Shown here: piece after piece, positions 56,384 to 64,000 of the stretch
Numbering within the stretch: position 1 is the stretch's first letter
Layout of the letters: every line of letters begins with the position of its first letter
From: Candidatus Bathyarchaeia archaeon
Lineage (GTDB): Archaea; Thermoproteota; Bathyarchaeia; Bathyarchaeales; Bathycorpusculaceae
DNA: 64,000 nt
Direction of reading: 5' to 3'
NCBI GenBank assembly: GCA_038883655.1
Contig: JAVZLQ010000001.1
Location: 32,001-96,000, forward strand
Made by a program: the position numbers and the translations under genes
The notes under the pieces: model-generated
What the model was told of the DNA's origin: nothing
The model's input: only the letters and a program-made list of their open reading frames with translations
The model's database searches: none

Positions 56384-57738
56384 GCAAGTACAGAGACAAA
56401 ATTGTAAATGGCCCCATAATTCGCACCTTCTTTTGGTTGGGCATTCCTCCGCTTGTAAATCAGATTATAGTTGTGGCTTACAATCTTGCTGATGCTTACT
56501 GGCTAAGCGTTTACAGCGATGTAGCAGTGGCTATTCCAAGGCAGATGTGGCCAGTCATAGTGCTTTTCCAAGCGCTTTTGATGGCTTTAACAGCCGCGAG
56601 CCTAGGCATAGTTTCGCAGTATGTTGGAAACAAGGATTACGATGATGCAGGTAAGGCTGCTTCACGCTTTTTCACATTATCTTTTATTTCTGGGGCAGTC
56701 CTAAGCTCCTCGCTTCTAGCGTTTAGAGGTGCTATTTTCACTTTTATGTCCACACCAGCGGATATTTTTGATGATTTGATGACGTATTCTGGCATAATCG
56801 CATTTGACATCTTCTTCAACTACATATCCCTAACCTTTACAACACTGCTGCAGAGTGTAGGAGACACCAAAAGACCGGCAATTGTAAACGGCATCGCCAT
56901 CGGCATAAACCTAATTCTCGACCCGTTTCTAGTGCTAGGCATAGGTCCATTCCCAAAGCTTGGCGTTATAGGCGCGTCCATAACAGATGTTATGGGAAAA
57001 ATAATTTCAGCAAGCGCTTTGGCATACATCCTCAGAGAGCATTATCCAGACATCAAAGTGAAATTCACCAGAGACATAAGTGCCAGCTGGATTCGCTTAG
57101 TACTTCGTATATGCTTGCCGGTTTTGGCTTTGGGTTTAACAAACGGCTTCGCCTTTCTGATACAGCTCAAAATTATTAACATGCTTGGCATAGTGGCAGC
57201 CACAGCTTTCTCCATAGGCTTCGTAATAATGGATATCGTTGATGCTGCGCTTTGGGGCTTAAGCGGAGCCACGGCAATAATGGTTGGACAAAGCTTGGGC
57301 GCGGAAAACCGTAAGAGGGCTAGAGAGGTCGCGTTTAAAACGGCCTTCGTAATTTTCGCAATTATGGCAGTGAGCGCAAGCATACTCTACACAATTAGAA
57401 GGAACGTGGCTAGCGCCTTCACAGAAGACCCGAGCATGCTTAATGAAACAGACCTTTTTCTGCAGACCTTGCTGCCAACACTTCCATTTTTCGGACTATT
57501 CATAGTCGCAATGTCCACTGGAAGAGGTTCCGGACACACGCTTTTTCCAACATCCCTAGGTGTAGTACGCCTATGGGGAATAAGACTTGTCTTAGGCTAT
57601 TTGATGGCTTTCACATTTGAAATGGGCTCCATTGGAGCGTGGCTAGCAATAGCGCTAAGCAACATTGTTGGGGGAACAATAGCAATACTTTGGATAAAAT
57701 ATGGAGGCTGGGCTGAAGCCGTGATTAAGAGAAGATGA
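56341..57738 (+). CDS. MATE-family efflux transporter
   Basis: About 12 TM helices; YNLAD, GDTKRP, NLILDP and VGQSLGA motifs. Confidence 0.92.
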   Translation: MPEEAEELPETRSISKYRDKIVNGPIIRTFFWLGIPPLVNQIIVVAYNLADAYWLSVYSDVAVAIPRQMWPVIVLFQALLMALTAASLGIVSQYVGNKDYDDAGKAASRFFTLSFISGAVLSSSLLAFRGAIFTFMSTPADIFDDLMTYSGIIAFDIFFNYISLTFTTLLQSVGDTKRPAIVNGIAIGINLILDPFLVLGIGPFPKLGVIGASITDVMGKIISASALAYILREHYPDIKVKFTRDISASWIRLVLRICLPVLALGLTNGFAFLIQLKIINMLGIVAATAFSIGFVIMDIVDAALWGLSGATAIMVGQSLGAENRKRAREVAFKTAFVIFAIMAVSASILYTIRRNVASAFTEDPSMLNETDLFLQTLLPTLPFFGLFIVAMSTGRGSGHTLFPTSLGVVRLWGIRLVLGYLMAFTFEMGSIGAWLAIALSNIVGGTIAILWIKYGGWAEAVIKRR

Positions 57739-57756
57739 CTAATTCATAAGCAACTT

Positions 57757-58344
57757 TTAGAGCTCCTTCTTCCAAACGTTAAAAATGCCCAATAGCTTAA
57801 TCTTTAATTCTTGCTGCTTAATAAGAGAAAAATCTTTTTCTGCTGGAATCCAATAAATTCCACTCTTCACCTCATAAGCACTTACGTTCATGTGCAACTC
57901 TTCTAAAGGTTCAATTGTTTTAATAAGGTAAGCTTGCCCTTCAATTTTGTAACCCGCCTTTTTATAAAACATGTTAGCACTTTCAGCCTCGATTGGAGTT
58001 TCCGCCAAAATTATTTTCAATCCCTTTTTTCGTGCGAAGTCTTCAGCGGTCATAAGAAGTGTTGTTCCTACACCTCTGCGTCGGAACGTCTTTAAGACAA
58101 CTAAATTTTCTATATGCGCTCCATTTTTACGCAGTTTTACATCGACAAGTCCAACTGGTTTGTCTCCAATTTCTGCCAAAAAAGTGGCATCATAATTCAT
58201 TTTTTTGGCTTCCTCCATAGAGACAGCATTTTGCAACACTCCAAACCACGATTCTGTTGAATAACCCTCATTATGCACTTTCACGTAGCCTATTAGGTCA
58301 TTGCGAGACTTCGTATTCAATAATCGAATTTTGATTTTTCGCAT
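57757..58344 (-). CDS. GNAT-family N-acetyltransferase
   Basis: LVV...FRRRGVGT and A..FYKKAGY motifs. Confidence 0.85.
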   Translation of the reverse strand: MRKIKIRLLNTKSRNDLIGYVKVHNEGYSTESWFGVLQNAVSMEEAKKMNYDATFLAEIGDKPVGLVDVKLRKNGAHIENLVVLKTFRRRGVGTTLLMTAEDFARKKGLKIILAETPIEAESANMFYKKAGYKIEGQAYLIKTIEPLEELHMNVSAYEVKSGIYWIPAEKDFSLIKQQELKIKLLGIFNVWKKEL

Positions 58345-58495
58345 ATGGATACACGCGACTTTTGTTTTAACAAAGCCTCCTCATATATAAGATTCTAAAG
58401 TTGCTAGAGGTGTTTTCCGTGTTACATTTACGGGAAAGACAAGATAATATTTCTTCGGGAAACACAAATAAAGCGTGAAGGTCAACAGTAGGAAT

Positions 58496-59782
58496 ATGAG
58501 AGTTATAGCTGATCTTCACATTCATGGCAGATATAGCCGCGCTACAAGCCAAAGAATGTGCATCGAAGAGATTGCAAGATTCGCAAAAATAAAGGGTCTA
58601 AACCTTGTGGGCACAGGAGACTTCACGCATCCAAAGTGGTTAAAAGAACTGCAAGAAACGTTAATTCCCGAATCCGACACTGGCTTATATAAAGTTGCAA
58701 GCAACCCCGAACTTCCAGTGTACTTCATGATGACAACCGAGGTAAGCACAATATTCACGTATGAAAATGAAGTTAAAAAGATACACCATGTCATTCTAAC
58801 ACCAAGCATTGAAATAGCCATCCAGATCAACGATAGACTGGCGAGTTATGGCAACTTGGCCGTTGATGGCAGACCAACACTAAACATGGATGCACCACAT
58901 CTTGTTGAAGAAGTTATGGAAATATCAACTGACAATATGGTTTTTCCGGCGCATGCTTGGACTCCATGGTTCAGCATATTTGGCGCCTTCAGCGGGTTTA
59001 ATAGCGTTGAGGAATGCTACCAGGACATGACAAAGCACATTTACGCTTTGGAAACTGGGCTTTCCTCAGATCCGCCGATGAACTGGCGTTTAAGTAAACT
59101 CGACAAGTTTGCGCTGGTCTCAAATAGCGACAGCCACAGTTTTTGGCCATGGCGGATAGGCAGAGAAGCCAACGTCTTCGAAATCGGAAAACCAAGCTAC
59201 CATGAGATTTTAGAGGCTATACGAATGAAGGATTCTAGGCGCTTCAAGTTCACGATTGAGACAGACCCAGCTTATGGAAAATATCATTGGACTGGGCACA
59301 GAAACTGCAAAGTATCCCTACCTCCGCAAGAAGCCATAAAACTTGGCAATACTTGTCCTGTTTGCCGCAGAAAGCTCACAAAAGGTGTCGAGCAGCGTGT
59401 GGAGGAGCTTGCCGACCGCCCCCATGGATTTAAACCAGACGGTGCCATTGGCTTTAAGCATTTGCTGCCACTTTCTGAGATTATTGCAACAATGTTAGGC
59501 GTTGATTCTCCTTCTACACGGCAAGTTTGGAGCATTTACAATAGGCTTGTTGAGAAGTTTGGTGACGAGTATAGCGTTTTAATCGATGCGTCGAAGGAAG
59601 CCCTAAAAGACGTTGTTGATGTAAATATCGCCGAGGCAATAGTTCGCGTGAGAGAAGGTCATGTAAAGGTTATACCTGGATACGATGGGGTTTATGGGCA
59701 ACTCGTGATTTTTGATGAGGTTATGCGGGAGGGAGCTGCTTCTCAAAGAGTTCAACAAATGAATCTTACAGATTTCATGTGA
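58496..59782 (+). CDS. endoQ: Endonuclease Q (PHP domain + Zn finger)
   Basis: DLHIH, GTGDFTHP, PAHAWTPW, ETGLS, SNSDSHS, GKYH, CPVC and PGYDGVYG motifs; C-terminal PIP-like QMNLTDFM. Confidence 0.9.
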   Translation: MRVIADLHIHGRYSRATSQRMCIEEIARFAKIKGLNLVGTGDFTHPKWLKELQETLIPESDTGLYKVASNPELPVYFMMTTEVSTIFTYENEVKKIHHVILTPSIEIAIQINDRLASYGNLAVDGRPTLNMDAPHLVEEVMEISTDNMVFPAHAWTPWFSIFGAFSGFNSVEECYQDMTKHIYALETGLSSDPPMNWRLSKLDKFALVSNSDSHSFWPWRIGREANVFEIGKPSYHEILEAIRMKDSRRFKFTIETDPAYGKYHWTGHRNCKVSLPPQEAIKLGNTCPVCRRKLTKGVEQRVEELADRPHGFKPDGAIGFKHLLPLSEIIATMLGVDSPSTRQVWSIYNRLVEKFGDEYSVLIDASKEALKDVVDVNIAEAIVRVREGHVKVIPGYDGVYGQLVIFDEVMREGAASQRVQQMNLTDFM

Positions 59783-59826
59783 GCCTTTTCTCCATGTTTT
59801 TGTTGTGTATGTGTGTTGTACGAGTA

Positions 59827-59850
59827 TACGACAAAACTTATAAAGTCGTA
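59827..59850. promoter_or_regulatory. Inverted repeat TACGAC-N12-GTCGTA flanking a BRE/TATA-like element
   Basis: tacgac aaaacttataaa gtcgta, about 30 nt upstream of ATG 59878. Confidence 0.5.
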
Positions 59851-59877
59851 ATATACACGATACATATGTGATGCAAC

Positions 59878-60198
59878 ATGGAATCTAAAAAAGTAAACAA
59901 GATATCAAAAATCGTAGACAGGGTTCTTAAGCAAGTCTTCGGCGAAGAGGCAACGCTCCTAATATATAAGTATCTGGAAGCAAACTACAATGTTAAGAGG
60001 GACGAAATAGCTGAAAAAATCGATGTTTTTGCACGCGGTCTCGAGGATTTTCTAAGCACTGGAGCCTACGTTGTTGAACGCAAAATACTAGAGGACATAT
60101 ATTCCAGCTATGGTCTGCTACGTAGGCTTGAGCTGGAAAAGATGCATGAGGAACGCGATTTTGCAAGCCACATTAAGCTTCTGATGCGGAACGCGTAA
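59878..60198 (+). CDS. Small helical protein (DUF3227/NitrOD5-like)
   Basis: VLKQVFGE...IYKYLE...F..GLE..L..GA.VVE..IL pattern. Confidence 0.65.
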   Translation: MESKKVNKISKIVDRVLKQVFGEEATLLIYKYLEANYNVKRDEIAEKIDVFARGLEDFLSTGAYVVERKILEDIYSSYGLLRRLELEKMHEERDFASHIKLLMRNA

Positions 60199-60308
60199 AA
60201 CAGCTCACTTAAAACTAATTTTGTAAGGTTAAGGGCAGTTTTACAACAACTTTTATAACTTGTTTCCGGGTATTTCTTCCCTAACCCAGTTTGGAAGGGA
60301 AGGCTTAC

Positions 60309-61691
60309 TTGAAAGATGATTTGCTTAAGGTTGTGAATAAAGCGCGAGGGTTTGGCGCCGAGTATTCTGAAGTGCGTGCTCAAGAACTTTTTAGGACAAC
60401 ATTAACCGTTAAAGAGGGACGTGTTGAGGCTGCAAGGCAAGGAATAGAAAATGGTGTGGCATTGAGGGTTCTTGTGAATGGCGCTTGGGGCTTTGCCTCT
60501 GTTGGAAGTTTTGAAACCAGAAGTTTGCTTGAGGCAGTTTCGTCTGCGTGTAGGATGGCTAAAACCGCAAGTTCCAAGCTTAAAAATCCAATAATGTTAG
60601 CAAAGGTTAAGGCTGTTGAGGACAAGGTCACAGTTAAGCCGCGGAAAGACCCATCAAAAATTTCAATAGAGGACAAGATAAGCTTGACTTTGGCCATAAA
60701 CAACAATGTTTTGGAATATGACAAGAGCGTCAAAAGTTGTACAATAGATTATTTGGATATGACTGGAAAAGACTACTTCATAAACAGTGATGGCACGTAC
60801 ATCGAACAAGACAAGCTTTATGTTTGGTCGAGGATAACAGCAACAGCGAAAACGGGCGAAATTTTCTCTTTCAGCCGGGAAGAAATAGGTTCAACCTCTG
60901 GCTACGAAATATTTGATGTGGAAACTCCGGAAGTTGTTAGCGAAAGGGTTGCAAAACGTGCAGTTGAACAGCTTAAAGCGAAACCTCCAAAAGGCGGCGC
61001 TTTTCCAGCGGTTATAGGACCAAATGTTGTTGGCGTGTTCGTTCATGAAGCTTTTGGTCATCTAGCTGAAGCGGATCTCACGTTGTCTGGCTCGGTGCTT
61101 TTGGGGAAGATTGGGAAGAAAATAGCGTCTGATGTTGTTACATTGTATGATGATGGCACAATAAAGGGTGCTTTCGGCTCGTTCAAGTATGACGATGAGG
61201 GCGTTCCATCGCAAAGAACGCTTCTCGTGAACAAGGGCATAGTGGTTGGACTCATGCACAGCAGAGAAACTGCACAGAAATTCAACATGCAGCCAACTGG
61301 AAACATGAGGGCTGAAGATTTTCGAGCTGAACCAATAATCCGCATGCGCAACACATACATGGAGCCAAAAGACCATTCATTTGAAGAACTAATTGAAGGC
61401 ATAAAGTTTGGCTATTACCTAAAAAGTTTCAGGGGTGGCCAAGCAAATTTGGATGGCACTTTTCAAGTGGGCATACAAGAAGCTTACGAAATTGTCAATG
61501 GCGAGTTAGGCGAGGCTGTTCGCAATGCCTCTATAAGCGGAAACACTCTTGAAACGCTTTTGAAGGTTGACGCTGTTGGAAAAGACTTTGAGCTTTGGCC
61601 TGGGAGATGCGGGAAGGGGCAAACAGCCTTTGTTTGTGATGGGGGTCCGCACATTAGGGTGAGGGAGGTGCTTGTTGGTGGAAGCGCTTAA
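60309..61691 (+). CDS. tldD: TldD metalloprotease subunit
   Basis: HEAFGH (HExxxH), YDDEG, RMRNT and CGKG motifs. Confidence 0.92.
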   Translation: MKDDLLKVVNKARGFGAEYSEVRAQELFRTTLTVKEGRVEAARQGIENGVALRVLVNGAWGFASVGSFETRSLLEAVSSACRMAKTASSKLKNPIMLAKVKAVEDKVTVKPRKDPSKISIEDKISLTLAINNNVLEYDKSVKSCTIDYLDMTGKDYFINSDGTYIEQDKLYVWSRITATAKTGEIFSFSREEIGSTSGYEIFDVETPEVVSERVAKRAVEQLKAKPPKGGAFPAVIGPNVVGVFVHEAFGHLAEADLTLSGSVLLGKIGKKIASDVVTLYDDGTIKGAFGSFKYDDEGVPSQRTLLVNKGIVVGLMHSRETAQKFNMQPTGNMRAEDFRAEPIIRMRNTYMEPKDHSFEELIEGIKFGYYLKSFRGGQANLDGTFQVGIQEAYEIVNGELGEAVRNASISGNTLETLLKVDAVGKDFELWPGRCGKGQTAFVCDGGPHIRVREVLVGGSA

Positions 61692-63042
61692 AAAAGATGA
61701 CACTTTAAGTTTGGTCGAAAGTGCTGTTCAGTTTGCCTTAAGAGCTGGTGCTGATGAAGCTGAGGCTTTTGCATATCAAGGTTTGACGACAAACGTGATC
61801 ATAGAGCGTGGACAAGTTGCACGTAACTCACGTATCATCGACCAAGGAATCGGCGTTAGAGCCATAATCAACAAGGCGGTAGGTTTTGCTTACACGAACA
61901 TACTGGAAAGTAAGGAGGCAATTGAAAAGACTGTTCAGAACGCCTTAAAGGCTGCTAAGGCAAGCAAGCCAGACAAGGATTGGTGTGGTCTCGCATCAAA
62001 AAAGCCTAGAGCTTCAGTTAAGAACATTTATGACCGAAGGGTTACTGAACTGCAATCTGAGGATTTGGTGAAACTAGCTTCGTCCATGTTAAGCGCTGCT
62101 GAGGAAACGGATAAACGCGTTTTCCCAATAGAGGGTGGAGTCGGCGCCTCAGAACTTGTAAGGGCTGTTGCAAACTCAAATGGTATTTCATGTTTTGAAA
62201 AAGGAACAATAATTGAATGCAGCCTAGCTACGGTTGGGCAGGAGAGCGGCGAAGTGACACCTGTGTGCTTCGAGTTTAACGCTGAACGAAGCTACAAAAT
62301 AGACCCAGAATGGGTTGGTAAAGAAGCGGCAAGGCTTGCGGCTTCAGCTTTGAAAGCCAAAAAATTTGAAACTAAACGCACAAAGGTTGTGTTTGCGCAC
62401 GCCGCGTTTCACGAACTTCTTTACTTCACTTTGATGAACGCTGTTAAGGCGGACTATGTGCAGAGAGACCAGTCTGCGTTGAAGGGCAAAATTGGCGAAA
62501 AAGTGGCTTCTGAAATTGTTACGGTTTATGATGATGGCTTATTAAGTGGTGGTCTTCGCACATGGGAATTTGACGGTGAAGGTGTTCCACAGCAAAAAAC
62601 TCCATTAATGGAGAAGGGCGTTTTACGCAATTTCCTATACGATAACTATACGGCAAAGAGGGAGGGACGAGAAAGCACTGGAAACGCCTTCAGAGCAGGA
62701 TACCTATCAACGCCGTACGTGGATGCAACGAACTTCCACTTCACGCCCGGAAAGAAATCTCCGGAAGAGCTTATAGGCGAAATTGGTGATGGCTTGCTCG
62801 TATATTCTTTGCAAGGTGCTCACAGCAGTAATCCTGCAAGCGGCGAGTTTTCTGTTGTGGCTACTCCAGCGTGGAGAATCAAAGATGGTGCGGTTGCGTA
62901 TGCTGTTAGGGGGGTAATGCTGGCTGGCAACGTCTTTGATATGCTAAAGAACATTTCGGATTTAGCGAACAACGAACGGAAGGTTGGTCAGCTTGTTGCT
63001 CCTTGGGTGCTTGTGGAAAACGTTAAAGCTATAGGAAAATAA
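61672..63042 (+). CDS. pmbA: PmbA/TldE subunit
   Basis: FDGEG, STGNA and SGEFS motifs; no HExxxH; follows tldD. Confidence 0.9.
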   Translation: MLVEALKKDDTLSLVESAVQFALRAGADEAEAFAYQGLTTNVIIERGQVARNSRIIDQGIGVRAIINKAVGFAYTNILESKEAIEKTVQNALKAAKASKPDKDWCGLASKKPRASVKNIYDRRVTELQSEDLVKLASSMLSAAEETDKRVFPIEGGVGASELVRAVANSNGISCFEKGTIIECSLATVGQESGEVTPVCFEFNAERSYKIDPEWVGKEAARLAASALKAKKFETKRTKVVFAHAAFHELLYFTLMNAVKADYVQRDQSALKGKIGEKVASEIVTVYDDGLLSGGLRTWEFDGEGVPQQKTPLMEKGVLRNFLYDNYTAKREGRESTGNAFRAGYLSTPYVDATNFHFTPGKKSPEELIGEIGDGLLVYSLQGAHSSNPASGEFSVVATPAWRIKDGAVAYAVRGVMLAGNVFDMLKNISDLANNERKVGQLVAPWVLVENVKAIGK

Positions 63043-63078
63043 ATAACCGAGTCTTTGTATCCGCATTAAAAAGAGGCG

Positions 63079-63990
63079 GTGCATGTGGGCGGCAAAATCA
63101 AACAGGGCTTACTGAAATTTAACACACTACGCAGAATTGTCCAGGTCGTTTCCTTCGTGCTCTTTAGCACTGCATTCTTTAATGCTGGCGCGACGCTTTT
63201 GCTTCCTGTCCTCTGGACTTGGGGTCTTCAACAAAATGTTGTGGGCGACGCCTTCACTGCTATACAGTTGATGCTTTATGATGTTGTTTTCCCATGGTTA
63301 GCTCTTGCCTCATTTCTAGTCGTAGGCGTTTTGCTTGGCAAATCTCTATGCGGTTGGATTTGCCCCTTCGGCTTTGTCCAGGACCTATTGGGCTTTATAA
63401 AACGTAAAAAGGAAGAAGTTTCGCCGCGCACCCACGAAAGCATGCTCTACATGAAATATCTCGTTCTGGGCGTAACTTTGTTTATAAGCTTAACATTTTC
63501 AGCATCTAAGCTTGCTGGCGTCCACCAGAGCTATGAAAAAGCATTTGGTGTTTTCGCCAAAGCGCCATTCACTACAATAAGCCCAGCAGAAATCCTTTTT
63601 GGGACAATACCGCGGACAATCCACGATTTTCGCACAAGCACCTTAGATGTTTTTTCCCAAATAGCGAACTTGCCACCGCTTTTCTGGTTTCAAATTTTCA
63701 TGTTAATTGGCGTCATTATATTCACGGTTTATGTTCCGAGAAGTTGGTGCAAGTACTTCTGTCCACACGGGGCGATTATGGCTATAATGAACAAGTTTAG
63801 CTTCATTGGTTTGCGTAGGGACCCAGCAAAATGTGCCAAAGGTTCATGTCGTCTTTGCGTTGAAGCGTGTCCTATGCGTGTTAAGATTTTGAATTTGCCT
63901 TGGGAGAAGTTCAGCGACCCAGAGTGCATTTACTGTTTAAAGTGTGCTGATGCGTGTCCATACGGCGCGATAAAAGTGAGATATCCATAG
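63079..63990 (+). CDS. Membrane 4Fe-4S binding protein (NapH/MauN-like)
   Basis: CGWICPFG and WCKYFCPHG motifs, TM helices, C-terminal ferredoxin motifs. Confidence 0.85.
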   Translation: MHVGGKIKQGLLKFNTLRRIVQVVSFVLFSTAFFNAGATLLLPVLWTWGLQQNVVGDAFTAIQLMLYDVVFPWLALASFLVVGVLLGKSLCGWICPFGFVQDLLGFIKRKKEEVSPRTHESMLYMKYLVLGVTLFISLTFSASKLAGVHQSYEKAFGVFAKAPFTTISPAEILFGTIPRTIHDFRTSTLDVFSQIANLPPLFWFQIFMLIGVIIFTVYVPRSWCKYFCPHGAIMAIMNKFSFIGLRRDPAKCAKGSCRLCVEACPMRVKILNLPWEKFSDPECIYCLKCADACPYGAIKVRYP

Positions 63991-64000
63991 ATCAAGCCCA

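Noticed and set aside
60309-63042. TldD/PmbA as part of a RiPP-processing cluster
   Set aside because: No precursor peptide, YcaO or other modifying enzyme is adjacent; the pair is widespread in archaea
333-63929. Many 60-160 aa ORFs antisense to, or out of frame within, recognised genes
   Set aside because: They are shadow ORFs with no motifs, fully overlapping well-supported genes

Overview
Compact, gene-dense archaeal chromosomal segment, probably Bathyarchaeia/TACK. This placement is inferred from archaeal TFE, MBF1, NAC, Trm56, Hel308, EndoQ, archaeal-type ThrRS/ProRS, FBP aldolase/phosphatase, tungsten AOR-family enzymes and an intron-containing tRNA. About 55 CDS, mostly housekeeping plus peptide/amino-acid catabolism, one tRNA-Arg(CCG) with a non-canonical 29/30 intron, one doubly frameshifted DUF1028 pseudogene and a few AT-rich accessory genes. 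No CRISPR array, rRNA, transposase or integrase was seen. Most notable observations: (i) an IscS-like protein that has lost most PLP/substrate-binding residues but keeps the catalytic Cys, in an operon with IscU and a normal-looking SufS; (ii) a divergent GCS2-ligase / split RLAN + RimK ATP-grasp locus followed by two different deoxyhypusine-synthase paralogues; (iii) two genes (hflX, GCS2 ligase) whose conserved N-termini have no in-frame ATG/GTG/TTG and appear to start at ACG, with tfe as a possible third; (iv) a WOR5/ASOR-type tungstoenzyme pair. All family assignments come from motif recognition, not from database searches.
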